Source of the DNA: a virus
Lineage: Duplodnaviria; Caudoviricetes
Length of the DNA: 64,000 bases
Reading direction: 5' to 3' (one strand)
Virus record (IMG/VR): IMGVR_UViG_3300045936_000212
Coordinates: 1,206-65,205 of that record
Made by a program: the position numbers and the translations under genes. Of this stretch, positions 45,810 through 54,795 are shown piece by piece (the first letter of the stretch is position 1; each line of letters starts with the position of its first letter). The notes below the pieces were generated by a model that searched no databases, was not told where the DNA came from, and saw nothing but the letters and a program-made list of their open reading frames with translations.

Positions 45810-46057
45810 CCGCCCAACTCCTGTTTTTGAATGTACGAGATGAGATCGTTCGGTTTGAACCGCCGGGTCTTGCCGATCTTGACCCAGCGCAGCCGCCCGG
45901 CGGCAATCTCGTCGACCAGCGTCTGACGGCTGATGCCGAGCGCCTTCGCCGCCTCGCCCTGGCGGATCAAAAGCCGGCCGCGGGCAATCTGCTGCAGCCG
46001 TTCCTCCAAATCGAGGCTGAGGCTGTCGACCCTCAGGGTCGGGGGATCAGCGCTCAT
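45581..46057 (-). CDS. xis: Excisionase-like HTH protein
   Basis: LLIRQGEAAKALGISRQTLVDEIAAGRLRWVKIGKTRRF; immediately upstream of int and overlapping it. Confidence 0.8.
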   Translation of the reverse strand: MSADPPTLRVDSLSLDLEERLQQIARGRLLIRQGEAAKALGISRQTLVDEIAAGRLRWVKIGKTRRFKPNDLISYIQKQELGGWQHQNQEEAQNQKAGGRASSSSAARSTTRVSPSGAILDFASALAQATGTSPKPSRRKPARRRSSANTPGRNPTSR

Positions 46058-46086
46058 TCAAACTCCTGCCCGCCAACTCCTGCCCG

Positions 46087-46723
46087 GCCTGCCAAACCAG
46101 GCCAAACCATGCCTTGCCGTGCCCTGCCTCAGACCGAGCCCTGCCGAGCCGCGCCTGCCGTGCCCTGCCATGCCCTGCCGAGCCGTGCCGAGCCGCGCCT
46201 GCCGCGCCCTGCCGGGGCAACCCAAGCCCCGCGCTGCCTTGCCGCGCCTGCCGTGCCCTGCCATGCCAAGCCGGGCCGTGCCAAACCGCGCCTGCCGGGC
46301 CATGCCGTGCCACGCCAACCCCCGTCCCGCCTAGCCTGCCGCGCCGCGCCTGCCCGGCGATGCCAAGCCATGCCGGTCCAGGCCCTGCGGTTGCTTGCCT
46401 TGCCAAGCCCTGCCTGCCCGCCGTGCCGAGCCGAGCCGAGCCTTGCCCTGCCTCACCGTGCCGAGCCTGCGGTGCCGAGCCCTGCGGTGCCAAGCCGGGG
46501 CACGCCCAGCCTGCCTGCCGAACCGAGCCGCGCCGAGTCGAGCCTTGCCTTGCCGGGCCAAGCCTGCGGTGCCGCGCCCTGCCATGCCATGCTCTGCCGG
46601 GGCAGGCCTTGCCGCGCCTGCCGTGCCGGGCCAAGCCACGCGCTGCCGGGCCGGGCCTTTTTGCCACGCCTGCCCTGCCTGGCCCTGCCAGGCGACGCCA
46701 AACCGAGCCGCGCCGAGCCTGCC
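46087..46723 (-). ncRNA. Array B of GGCA+(GGY-NN)n units, putative guide-RNA array
   Basis: Delimiters at 46087, 46153, 46197, 46246, 46290, 46334, 46348, 46412, 46465, 46509/46513, 46562, 46616, 46668, 46717; most spacings 44, 49, 54 or 64 nt. The RNA role is inferred. Confidence 0.75.
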
Positions 46724-46813
46724 CTGCCAGCAGAATGCGGATGGCTTCGTGTTTCGTCTGGGCCATGCCGGGGCCTCGGGGGGGTTCCACCGGCCCCGAG
46801 CCTACCGCCGGCT

Positions 46814-46852
46814 TTGCAGATCGTGCAAGAGGGGAGTTCGTAACTTTTACAA
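46814..46852. promoter_or_regulatory. Tandem operators / leftward promoter upstream of array B
   Basis: TTGCAGATCGTGCAA (46814-46828) and TCGTAACTTTTACAA (46838-46852). Confidence 0.6.
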
Positions 46853-46860
46853 GAGGCGGG

Positions 46861-47022
46861 TTAGCAGTCGCCCCGGTGCCGCTTCTCCCACTCGATCACC
46901 GACTTGACAAAGTCGGCCCGCAGCTGGTCGGCGTCAAACACCGACGCGCCGCCGTCCTGGCGGGTGACGCAGTCGTCAAACAGGTCTTTGATCTCTTCGA
47001 ACACGTCCTCGACGGTCCCCAT
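46861..47022 (-). CDS. 53-aa acidic protein (not in ORF track)
   Basis: MGTVEDVFEEIKDLFDDCVTRQDGGASVFDADQLRADFVKSVIEWEKRHRGDC*; typical codon usage. Confidence 0.6.
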   Translation of the reverse strand: MGTVEDVFEEIKDLFDDCVTRQDGGASVFDADQLRADFVKSVIEWEKRHRGDC

Positions 47023-47254
47023 GATGTGTGCCCCCACACTTGCTCTTCTTTGGCCCGACCCTGCCGCGCACGGCGGCGCCCCGGTCGAGGGCTGCGCGCA
47101 CTCTCATCGCCTGTCGGCCCTCCCGTTCCCAAGGGGCAGTCACGCTAACCTTATGGGTGTATTCGGAAAGTATGTCGTCGCTTATCGCGCGTTTATTGCA
47201 TCATGAAGGCGCGGCATGCCCCGGCGTCAAGTGAGGTTTTTTATCATTCCGGAT

Positions 47255-47851
47255 TCATCTGTCTCGATCTGGTTTGTCGCCGTCGGCGCTGACCGTATCG
47301 GCCGGCTCCTCCTTGGCGTCAATGGCGGTCACCTTGCCGCCGCCTCGCTCGACAACGATGTCCGGTTTGCGCCGCAAGGTGCGCCCGAAATGCTCGACCG
47401 TCTCGGCCAGCATCTCGCCCTGCACCAGGGCGTCCCTGACCAGCGTGATGGCGTCGGCGATCTGCGTCTCAAAGGTTTTGATCTGCACCTGAATGGTGCC
47501 CTGAAAACTCTTGAACGCGGCATCGAGGGTGGAGAGCGTCGCCAGCGCCGTCTGCAGCGAGCCGGCGAGACCAAACTCCTCCTCGGTCGAAACCGCCGTC
47601 TCCTGTAGTTCGCGCGGCACGTTCGGATCGCGCCCGAGCAGGTCGGAGACCGAACATCGGTAGGTCTTCGACAGCGCCATCAAGACATGCGCAGTGATGG
47701 TCGCCCGGTTGGTCTCGATGTTGCTGACGCGGGTCGCGGGCCAGTTGTTCAACTCTTCGACCTTGGTCTGGCTCAGACCGCGAAACTGCCGCCATTCCTT
47801 AAAGTAATTGGGAAAAGGTTCGCGCGCGGCGACACGCCGGCTGCCGCTCAT
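47255..47851 (-). CDS. CI-like XRE repressor
   Basis: NYFKEWRQFRGLSQTKVEE..TRVSNIETNR..SVSDLL; divergent from a Cro-like gene; no S24 peptidase domain seen. Confidence 0.8.
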   Translation of the reverse strand: MSGSRRVAAREPFPNYFKEWRQFRGLSQTKVEELNNWPATRVSNIETNRATITAHVLMALSKTYRCSVSDLLGRDPNVPRELQETAVSTEEEFGLAGSLQTALATLSTLDAAFKSFQGTIQVQIKTFETQIADAITLVRDALVQGEMLAETVEHFGRTLRRKPDIVVERGGGKVTAIDAKEEPADTVSADGDKPDRDR

Positions 47852-48156
47852 GGGGGTTCTCCTGTTTCAACGCCCGGATGAACCCGGCGTAGTCTTGACA
47901 GGTTATCCGTTGCATCCCCTGTAACAGCAAGGGATTTTATGTATCGCCCATGTCACCCCTACGGTAACGCGGTGGTTGCGCCGGGGCGCGGCTTGTAAAC
48001 CTGCATCGACCGGCTTGCAGATCGGCGCATGGCTAACGGTTAACGCACATCAACCGGCTTGCAGATAACCGTAAGAGGCTGACCGGCGGTGACTTGTAAA
48101 ATTTGCGATGCTCGGGGCTTGACGGGTCTGCAAAACCGGCGCGAGGATGCACCGCC
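47852..48156. promoter_or_regulatory. Divergent immunity promoter/operator region
   Basis: AT-richer intergenic DNA; TTGACA at about 47896; operator-like TTGTAAAATTTGCGA (48094-48108) and TTGACGGGTCTGCAA (48119-48133); CCGGCTTGCAGAT twice. Confidence 0.65.
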
Positions 48157-48489
48157 ATGCCCCCCGGCCTCGCCCCCCTCGAGCCCCATCCGCTGCGCGC
48201 CTACCGCGAGCGCCGCGGGCTCTCGATCAGCGAGTTGGCGCGCCGGGCCGGGCTGTCGGTCGCCACCGTCAGCCGGGTCGAAGCCGGCGGCGTCGATCTG
48301 CCGACCATGGCCGTCATCATCAAACTGGCGATGGCCTGCGAGGGCGAAGTCTCCGAACTCGACATCGTGCGCTACTCCTTTGCCCGCTCGGTCGGCGTCG
48401 TGCTGCCGCTGCGGGCTCCCATGACATCGGATTTCACCTGGAACTGGGTCCGACCGAGTACTGAGGGCGCTACCCCAGTCTTGGTCTGA
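48157..48489 (+). CDS. Cro-like XRE HTH protein
   Basis: HPLRAYRERRGLSISELARRAGLSVATVSRVEAG. Confidence 0.85.
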   Translation: MPPGLAPLEPHPLRAYRERRGLSISELARRAGLSVATVSRVEAGGVDLPTMAVIIKLAMACEGEVSELDIVRYSFARSVGVVLPLRAPMTSDFTWNWVRPSTEGATPVLV

Positions 48490-48490
48490 C

Positions 48491-48534
48491 ACGGCGCGGT
48501 GCCGGGAGGCTCTGCCCGGAGCCGCGCCGTTTTT
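48491..48534 (+). terminator. Intrinsic terminator after the Cro-like gene
   Basis: ACGGCGCGG...CCGCGCCGT followed by TTTT. Confidence 0.7.
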
Positions 48535-48656
48535 GCGAGGAGCGTTGGGGAAAGCCGCCGACCGGCGCCCTCCGACGGTTGACCGGGGGGAGCTGCGAAC
48601 GCCGGTAAGCGCCGGCCGGCGGCTGTCACGTCAAACCCGAGGGGGAGAACACTCAC

Positions 48657-49352
48657 ATGGCCGAAGCGTTGCGCGATGCGGCAGGACCCAACCTGACACG
48701 CGCCACCTTTATCGAGTTCTGTACGAAGCACGACGAGATAGAGCGCGAACTCGCCGATGTCGCCGAGACCAAGCGCAGCTTGAACAAGCGGCGCAAGGAC
48801 ATCCGCAAAAACATGGGCGCCGCCGGCATCGATATCGACATGTTCGACCGGATGCGCGACGACCTCGAACTGACCCCGGAGGAGCGCGAAGCCCGGACCC
48901 GCGATCTGGCGCAATACATGGCCTGGATGCAGGCCCCGGCCGGGTACCAGGCGTCAATGGATTTCCAGTCCGACGACCCCGGCGAGCGCGCCTACAACGT
49001 CCACGAGCTGCACGCCATCGACGGCGAGGGCTTTGACGCCGGCAAGACCGGCCGGCGCGCGGACTCCAACCCCTACCGCCCCGGCACCGAGGGGCACGCC
49101 CGCTGGCACAACGCCTGGAACCGCGGCCAGCAGCTCGCGGTCGAGGCGATGGGCGGCGGCGCGCCCGCGCCTGCGGCCGAGCCGAACGGCCATGCCGAGG
49201 CGCCGGAACCCGAGGCGGTGCCCGATCCGCCGCAGGGCAAGCGCCGCCCAGGTCGGCCGCGCAAACCGCACCCGCCGGTCGGGGAGAACGGCGACCCGCC
49301 GCCGATGGCGGCTAGCGACCAGCACACAGAAACACCGCCGGCTGTCCACTAA
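48657..49352 (+). CDS. GapR (DUF2312)-like DNA-binding protein fused to an Rmf-like motif
   Basis: IERELADVAETKRSLNKRRKDIRKNMGAAGID..ELTPEERE..LAQYM, then GFDAGKTG..NPY..WHNAWNRG, then RPGRPRK. Confidence 0.6.
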   Translation: MAEALRDAAGPNLTRATFIEFCTKHDEIERELADVAETKRSLNKRRKDIRKNMGAAGIDIDMFDRMRDDLELTPEEREARTRDLAQYMAWMQAPAGYQASMDFQSDDPGERAYNVHELHAIDGEGFDAGKTGRRADSNPYRPGTEGHARWHNAWNRGQQLAVEAMGGGAPAPAAEPNGHAEAPEPEAVPDPPQGKRRPGRPRKPHPPVGENGDPPPMAASDQHTETPPAVH

Positions 49353-49408
49353 ACAGCCGGCGGCGAACTGGGAGGTAAATCCCAAACCCTTGAAGAAGGA
49401 TAGCCATT

Positions 49409-50752
49409 ATGCTCGTCGACCTCGCTTTACTCAAGCCCAACCCGTATCGGGATTTTGTCGTCGATCCGATTGACGCAGATGCTGTCGATCGGCTGGCCGC
49501 TTCCATCGAGGAAGACGGGTTCTGGGGCGGCGTCGTCTGTCGCCGGGTTAACGGCCACGTCGAGATTGCCGCCGGGCACCATAGGGTGCAGGCGGCGATG
49601 CAAGCTGGCATGACGGCCGCCGATGTCTTTGTCGGCGACCTCGACGACGCGGCGATGATCCGGGTTTATGCCCGCGAGAACGCCACCCAGCGCGGCAACA
49701 CCAGCAGCGCCGTCGCCGGCACCGTCGCCAGTGCCATCCGTTTCCTGGCAAAATCAGTGCTTACCGGGAGTTTGGCAACAATTGTTGCCAAACTAGATGC
49801 CGACAAAGTTCGCGGGAATTTGACCGCGGGCAGAGGATTAGGCGAAGACGTCATCATCGCCTTCCTGCCGAGTATCCCCGGCGTCACACTCCGCTCGGTA
49901 CGCGATCAGCTCGCCAATCTGCACGCCTCGGGCGACTACGCGCGGATCATCAACGAGGTTCGCGAGGAGATCGAACGCGAGGAGCGGGCGGCAGCCGAAG
50001 CGCTGGAGCGGGCCGAAACAGAGCGCAAAGCGGCCGAGGAGGCCGAGAGGAAGGCCGAGGCCGATCGCCGGGCAGCAGCCGAGAGAGCCAAGGAAGCTCG
50101 CGAGGAGGCGGCGCGGAAGCGGGCCGAGGAAGAACGCCAGCGTGCCGAAGTGCAGGCGCAACTTGCCGAGAGACGGCGCAAGGAACTCGAAGCCGAGGCC
50201 GAGCGGCTCGGACTCAAGCGCAAGGAAGCGACCAGAGCGGGCAGCGACGCACGCAGGGCGGCGACCGAAACTAAAGCCAAGGCCAAGGTCACCTTCGATT
50301 TCGAGGGCGTCTCGCGGCACCTGAAGGTGTCGCATCATGTGAACGTGTTCCGCGATGTCGTCGGCGGGCCCGGCGTCGCACCCTATTTGCCAGTTAAAAA
50401 TCAGGCGGCGCTGGCTGCCGAGCTGGTCAAACGCATCGGCCGGCGCGAACTAACCGGCAGCGTCATCCGCGACACGATCTTTTCCCTGGTGCAGGAAGTC
50501 CGGCAGTTCGGCCGGTTCACCAGCGATCAGGAGCGCCGCGAGGCCGAGCAGCGCAACATCCAGCTGCGCATGCAAAACGCGCAGGGGGATTTCGCCCGGC
50601 ATCTGCGCGGGCTGATCGAGCACGGCAACAAGATCCTCGAACTCTACCGTGCCTATCCGGAGACCGATTTCCAGATCATCCCGCAATTCCGAGAGGCGGT
50701 GACCGGGGCCAAGCCGATCGTCGATGCACTGCATCGGAGGATCGCGCCATGA
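49409..50752 (+). CDS. ParB/Srx N-terminal domain protein with coiled coil
   Basis: LKPNPYR..LAASIEEDG..IAAGHHRVQAA..ARENA. Confidence 0.82.
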   Translation: MLVDLALLKPNPYRDFVVDPIDADAVDRLAASIEEDGFWGGVVCRRVNGHVEIAAGHHRVQAAMQAGMTAADVFVGDLDDAAMIRVYARENATQRGNTSSAVAGTVASAIRFLAKSVLTGSLATIVAKLDADKVRGNLTAGRGLGEDVIIAFLPSIPGVTLRSVRDQLANLHASGDYARIINEVREEIEREERAAAEALERAETERKAAEEAERKAEADRRAAAERAKEAREEAARKRAEEERQRAEVQAQLAERRRKELEAEAERLGLKRKEATRAGSDARRAATETKAKAKVTFDFEGVSRHLKVSHHVNVFRDVVGGPGVAPYLPVKNQAALAAELVKRIGRRELTGSVIRDTIFSLVQEVRQFGRFTSDQERREAEQRNIQLRMQNAQGDFARHLRGLIEHGNKILELYRAYPETDFQIIPQFREAVTGAKPIVDALHRRIAP

Positions 50753-51366
50753 CGGTGCCAGCGAAGGTCGTCCCGATCTGGGGGCGCGAGCATCCTACGC
50801 GCGGCATCCGCCATCACGATCTCGCGGTGTCATTCATCGAAGATTTTCCGATCGGCACACAGTTAAGCCAGGACCGCTTTGGCGAATGGCTGCAGCAAAG
50901 GAATATCCTCGTTACCGCCTCGGGAAATTCGTTGGGTCGCCGCGATTATATCTATTGGCGCAAAGAATGGCGCGATCGGATAAACGCCGCTGCATCCCAT
51001 TCCCGCATGAATGAGACCGTCGGTGTCACGTTCACAATCGAGGTGATCGCGCAGCAGACGCTGGAAGTCCGGAGCTGCATCGTAGCCCTGGCGGTGACCG
51101 ATAATGTCAGGCCGATAGAACTGCGCACCGAAGCGCGGCGCCGGAAAATGAGCCAGTGGGCGGCTGGGATTGATTGGTCGCAGCACGATCCGCACGTCAA
51201 AGACAGCGCGACGCTGTTGTTCAAATTCAGCGAAACGCTGCGCAAGCACGCTGAGGTCTCGCATCGTGACTATTGCGACGCGATCGGCGATTTCACCGCC
51301 TATCTGCAAACGCTGAAGCTTTTACCGGGGCCGAGTGAAGCGTCCGGCGATGGAGAGCCGGGGTGA
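50749..51366 (+). CDS. Hypothetical protein
   Basis: ATGA coupling to the ParB-domain gene. Confidence 0.65.
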   Translation: MTVPAKVVPIWGREHPTRGIRHHDLAVSFIEDFPIGTQLSQDRFGEWLQQRNILVTASGNSLGRRDYIYWRKEWRDRINAAASHSRMNETVGVTFTIEVIAQQTLEVRSCIVALAVTDNVRPIELRTEARRRKMSQWAAGIDWSQHDPHVKDSATLLFKFSETLRKHAEVSHRDYCDAIGDFTAYLQTLKLLPGPSEASGDGEPG

Positions 51367-51638
51367 TCGACGATCTCGTCCACGCGCAACTTATCGCCAC
51401 GGCGGAACTGGCGATAGTCGCGGTGCAGGCGGGCCTGCGCGATACGGTATTGGTCTACGTTCCGGGTGACGCTCCCTATGTCACCCGGAGTGCTCTGCGG
51501 GGCACCCAAATCTGCACAGATGGTCGTGGCACTTTCGACCTCTGGCAAACCGAGCCGCAACTAGAAATAGCAAAAAACGGACTGTCGCTCGCTGACGCGG
51601 TTGCCGCGCTGCGCGATCCATCGGCGCGTGCGTCATGA
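51363..51638 (+). CDS. Hypothetical protein
   Basis: GTGA/ATGA overlaps. Confidence 0.55.
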   Translation: MIDDLVHAQLIATAELAIVAVQAGLRDTVLVYVPGDAPYVTRSALRGTQICTDGRGTFDLWQTEPQLEIAKNGLSLADAVAALRDPSARAS

Positions 51639-52138
51639 CTGCGTTCCTCACGATCGGCCAGAACGGCGACAGCTATGTCAATGTCGCCAATGTCGCTCGG
51701 CTTAACTGGGTCGGTGATGGCCAATACCACGTCGAAGATCTGCGCGGGCACATCATCGGGATAACCCATCAGGTCTATCTCGACAGCTTGCGGTTCAACG
51801 TCGTCGCGGCCAGCGGATGGGAATGCCTGATCGCGCTTGAGCCTGAAACGCCTTCCGAGAACTGGGGCGTGATCGTCGAGCCGGTTCTGGCGTTCAGCCA
51901 CAACATCGATCACGACCTCATACCGATCGTCACAGACTCGCTTTTCAACAATCGCGAGTCGTGGGCTCTGCGCCACAAAGACAGCCCGCGTGTCTTCACC
52001 GATGGCTCAGGGTGCTTCGACGATGTCGAGTCCTGGCTGAGGAATTGCAAAGCGGAAAAGGCGCAAAGCGAAGAATGGGCGGCTCAGCGCAAAGCAAGGG
52101 AAGAGGCGGCTGAGCAGAAGGCGAGGGAAGAGGCATGA
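51635..52138 (+). CDS. Hypothetical protein
   Basis: ATGA overlap; 167 aa. Confidence 0.65.
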   Translation: MTAFLTIGQNGDSYVNVANVARLNWVGDGQYHVEDLRGHIIGITHQVYLDSLRFNVVAASGWECLIALEPETPSENWGVIVEPVLAFSHNIDHDLIPIVTDSLFNNRESWALRHKDSPRVFTDGSGCFDDVESWLRNCKAEKAQSEEWAAQRKAREEAAEQKAREEA

Positions 52139-52310
52139 TCCTCGCCCTCGGGAGCTACCAGGCATTTGAGGCCGCCGTAATGCCTGGGATTGGTCGCGGA
52201 ACGGCGGTCGAGGCAAGCCGAGCAGCGGGGAGTCGCGGCCTGCGGCGTCCTGGCTGGGTACGGCTAGGTGCGGCGAGGAGCGGCGGGCGTAGGCCCGCCG
52301 TCACCTCGAC

Positions 52311-52991
52311 ATGATGCTCTTAAGCCTGGATTGCGCGACCAGATTGGGCTGGTGCTTCGGCACCGTTGGCCAGCACCCTCGTTGGGGCAGCCACGATTTC
52401 GGGCGCGGTCGCAGCAACGGCGAGGTTCTTGGAAATTTTCATAACTGGCTGATCGCCAAGATCGACGCGGTCCGCCCCGATCTGATCGCCTTTGAATCGC
52501 CATTCGTGCCGGCCCCAAACAGCCGGTTCGCGACGCCGATGAACGCGCTGACGGTCAGGCGCTTATTTGGCTTTGCCGCGATCACCGAGGCGGTCTGCCA
52601 CCAGCGCCGCATCCGCTGCGCCGAAAGCCCGCCCACCGAAATCACCAGGGTTCTGTTGGGTGGCCCGGCGCCCAAAGGACGCGCCGCCAAAAAAGCCGTC
52701 ACGCTCCAGCGGGTGCGCGCTCTTGGTTTCGCCGTCGAGGATGACGACGAGGCTGATGCGGTTAGCTTGTGGCTATTCGCGGAGGGTGTCTTCAGCCCCG
52801 CAATGCTGTCGCAGCGCCGCGCCGCCGCCGGCCTCGAACTCAACCTCCACCCCCGAAAAACGAACGCCCCGCGAGGCAAACCGCGGAGCGCTCTGGGGGT
52901 AACGACCGCCACTATGGAACCGGATCATGGCAGTCTCGACACCAACAAAAATATCGACGGCAAATTCCAATTTCAATTCGCCCAGGTTTAA
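52311..52991 (+). CDS. RuvC-like Holliday junction resolvase
   Basis: LSLDCATRLGW, IAFESP, DDDEADAVSLW acidic motifs. Confidence 0.82.
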   Translation: MMLLSLDCATRLGWCFGTVGQHPRWGSHDFGRGRSNGEVLGNFHNWLIAKIDAVRPDLIAFESPFVPAPNSRFATPMNALTVRRLFGFAAITEAVCHQRRIRCAESPPTEITRVLLGGPAPKGRAAKKAVTLQRVRALGFAVEDDDEADAVSLWLFAEGVFSPAMLSQRRAAAGLELNLHPRKTNAPRGKPRSALGVTTATMEPDHGSLDTNKNIDGKFQFQFAQV

Positions 52992-53131
52992 CGCGGAAAA
53001 TAATTCCGCCGAGAGCCAGGCCGAACTTGGCCTCGCCGTCGCCCGCCCGAATCTGATCCGGGGCGGTCTCGTCCATATCAGTCAGCCGGTGCGCAAGATC
53101 TTGGCGCGCCTCTCGACCCGGATGCGCGGCG

Positions 53132-53410
53132 ATGGCGCATAGCTGGGAATCTCCCGCCAACGCGGCGCGCGAAGTGCTGCTGGAGACGCTCGAGTCCCAG
53201 ATCGGCTCGCGCGAGACCCGGCAGGCGGTGATCGACCTCGTGATCGAGGAATTCGACCGGCAGTTCTCGGACCCCGATGACGAGATGGTGGTGGCCGGCG
53301 CCGAGGTGCTCGCCGCCAGCGCCGATTGCGTCGGGCTCAGCCTCTACCACCGCCGCCTGGTGGTCGAAACCATCTGGCGGACGATGGCCGAAAAGGCCTT
53401 CGGACGATGA
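53132..53410 (+). CDS. Hypothetical protein
   Basis: DPDDEMVVAG..IWRTM motif, also present in 53658-54179. Confidence 0.65.
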   Translation: MAHSWESPANAAREVLLETLESQIGSRETRQAVIDLVIEEFDRQFSDPDDEMVVAGAEVLAASADCVGLSLYHRRLVVETIWRTMAEKAFGR

Positions 53411-53661
53411 GACGCCAGCCCCGACGCCTCCAGCTCCCCCAGGTCGCCGACCACAATGCGGCGCACTGGCTGGAGCCGCGCTGGTTCGCCACCCGGCCGG
53501 CGAGTTTCCGGCAGATCTGGGGTGGCCCCGGCTGGTACCTCGTGCGCGTCTGCCCGTGCCATCCCGGCGAACCGGTCGGGCACAATCCCTTCGACAGCGA
53601 GGCGGCGGCGCGCCGGCTGGCGGCGATCCTCGTCGGTGCGTCGGAGGCGCTCGGGCGATGA
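53407..53661 (+). CDS. Hypothetical protein
   Basis: ATGA overlaps. Confidence 0.55.
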   Translation: MRRQPRRLQLPQVADHNAAHWLEPRWFATRPASFRQIWGGPGWYLVRVCPCHPGEPVGHNPFDSEAAARRLAAILVGASEALGR

Positions 53662-54179
53662 CCGAAATACTGAGCCCCGGCCAGAAAGCCGTCCGCACGG
53701 TCGCGGCAACCTACCGCGTTACCGGCACCACCGGTCGGATCCTCGTCGATGCCGTGGTGCGCGAACTGGCCGAACCCGATCGCGAGATGCAGGAGGCGGG
53801 TGCGGCCGAGCTGCTGCAGGCGCTGCCGCCCGGCACGACCCCGAGCTATCGCCGCGAACTCGCCGGGGTGGTCTGGCGGGCGATGCTGGCGAGGGCAGGG
53901 TGCATGGCGTTCGCCCTCGCCCTCGCCGGCCCGGTGCTGGCGAGCGACTACCAGCCCCGAACGCTAACGCTGGAATTCGCCGACGGTCGCACCGAGCAGG
54001 TCGCCGCCACCAGCCCGCGCATATGCGAAGAAGCATTGCGCGCCTTGCGCATTGGTTATTGGCGCATCGTCGGCGAGCAGCCGGTCAAGTGGTATTGCGG
54101 GCCGGGCGACCGGTTCGCCGCCTGCGACCAGTACATCGTCGGGTTCAATGCTCCTCCCTCCTGCGCTGGGAGGCAGTGA
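53658..54179 (+). CDS. Hypothetical protein
   Basis: EPDREMQEAG..VWRAML; ATGA overlap. Confidence 0.6.
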   Translation: MTEILSPGQKAVRTVAATYRVTGTTGRILVDAVVRELAEPDREMQEAGAAELLQALPPGTTPSYRRELAGVVWRAMLARAGCMAFALALAGPVLASDYQPRTLTLEFADGRTEQVAATSPRICEEALRALRIGYWRIVGEQPVKWYCGPGDRFAACDQYIVGFNAPPSCAGRQ

Positions 54180-54433
54180 TGCCCTACAAATACGCGCGTC
54201 CCCCATACCAGCGCCAACTCGATACCGGACCCAACCGGCCGCGCACCCGCGACGAGATCGCGCTCTACGCCCAATACCGCGACGCGCGGGCCAACTTCCG
54301 CCCGAGGGAGTGCACCGGCACCTCGCCCTGCTGGGTCGAAGACGGCCCCCTCGGCCTCAACGGTAACCGCTGCCGCGGCTGCGACAACCGGCCGGACGCC
54401 CCCCTTTCCTGGCGTGGTCGGGTGCAGCGATGA
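54179..54433 (+). CDS. Small Cys-containing protein
   Basis: TGATG coupling; CTGTSPC..CRGC. Confidence 0.55.
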   Translation: MPYKYARPPYQRQLDTGPNRPRTRDEIALYAQYRDARANFRPRECTGTSPCWVEDGPLGLNGNRCRGCDNRPDAPLSWRGRVQR

Positions 54434-54795
54434 CCGCCGATCCGCGCTCCCTCGCATTGGAACACGTCGCCTGGTGCCTCAAGGAAGGCATGACGCTCTC
54501 CGAACTGCATGCCGCCCTCGGGTTCGAGGCCGGGCCGCATTTCGCCTCGTGGGAAGACGCCATCGTGCGGTTGACGCGGGTGGCCTCCGACATGGAGATC
54601 ACCCTCGATCAGCGGCACCGGCCGCACCACCGCCAAGCAAGCCTGCCAGCACCCTACCGCCGCCGCGAGCCGCCGCCTGCGCCCTGGCCGGGGAAGCGGG
54701 TCTGCCTGTGCGCCAACCTCTGCCGACAAGACTGCTTGGCGCCTGACCGGTATTGCCGGTTTGAAGCCCGGCCGAGCCGAAAGCGGATCGCATGA
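54430..54795 (+). CDS. Hypothetical protein
   Basis: ATGA overlaps on both sides. Confidence 0.55.
   Translation: MTADPRSLALEHVAWCLKEGMTLSELHAALGFEAGPHFASWEDAIVRLTRVASDMEITLDQRHRPHHRQASLPAPYRRREPPPAPWPGKRVCLCANLCRQDCLAPDRYCRFEARPSRKRIA

Noticed and set aside
42451-46723. Classical CRISPR array interpretation
   Set aside because: No 23-47 nt identical repeats separated by unique spacers; only a 7-nt delimiter and pentamer phasing. No cas1/cas2.
45773-47148. Similar low-complexity ORFs across array B (46047-46790, 46114-47148, 45773-46843)
   Set aside because: Same artefact; period 5 does not fit codon structure. A short translated leader (MAQTKHEAIRILL) cannot be excluded.
52135-52314. CCAGGCATT/AATGCCTGG hairpin and 59-codon ORF (MILALGSY...) before the RuvC-like gene
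   Set aside because: Could be a small gene remnant or structured leader, but no recognisable family or further support.
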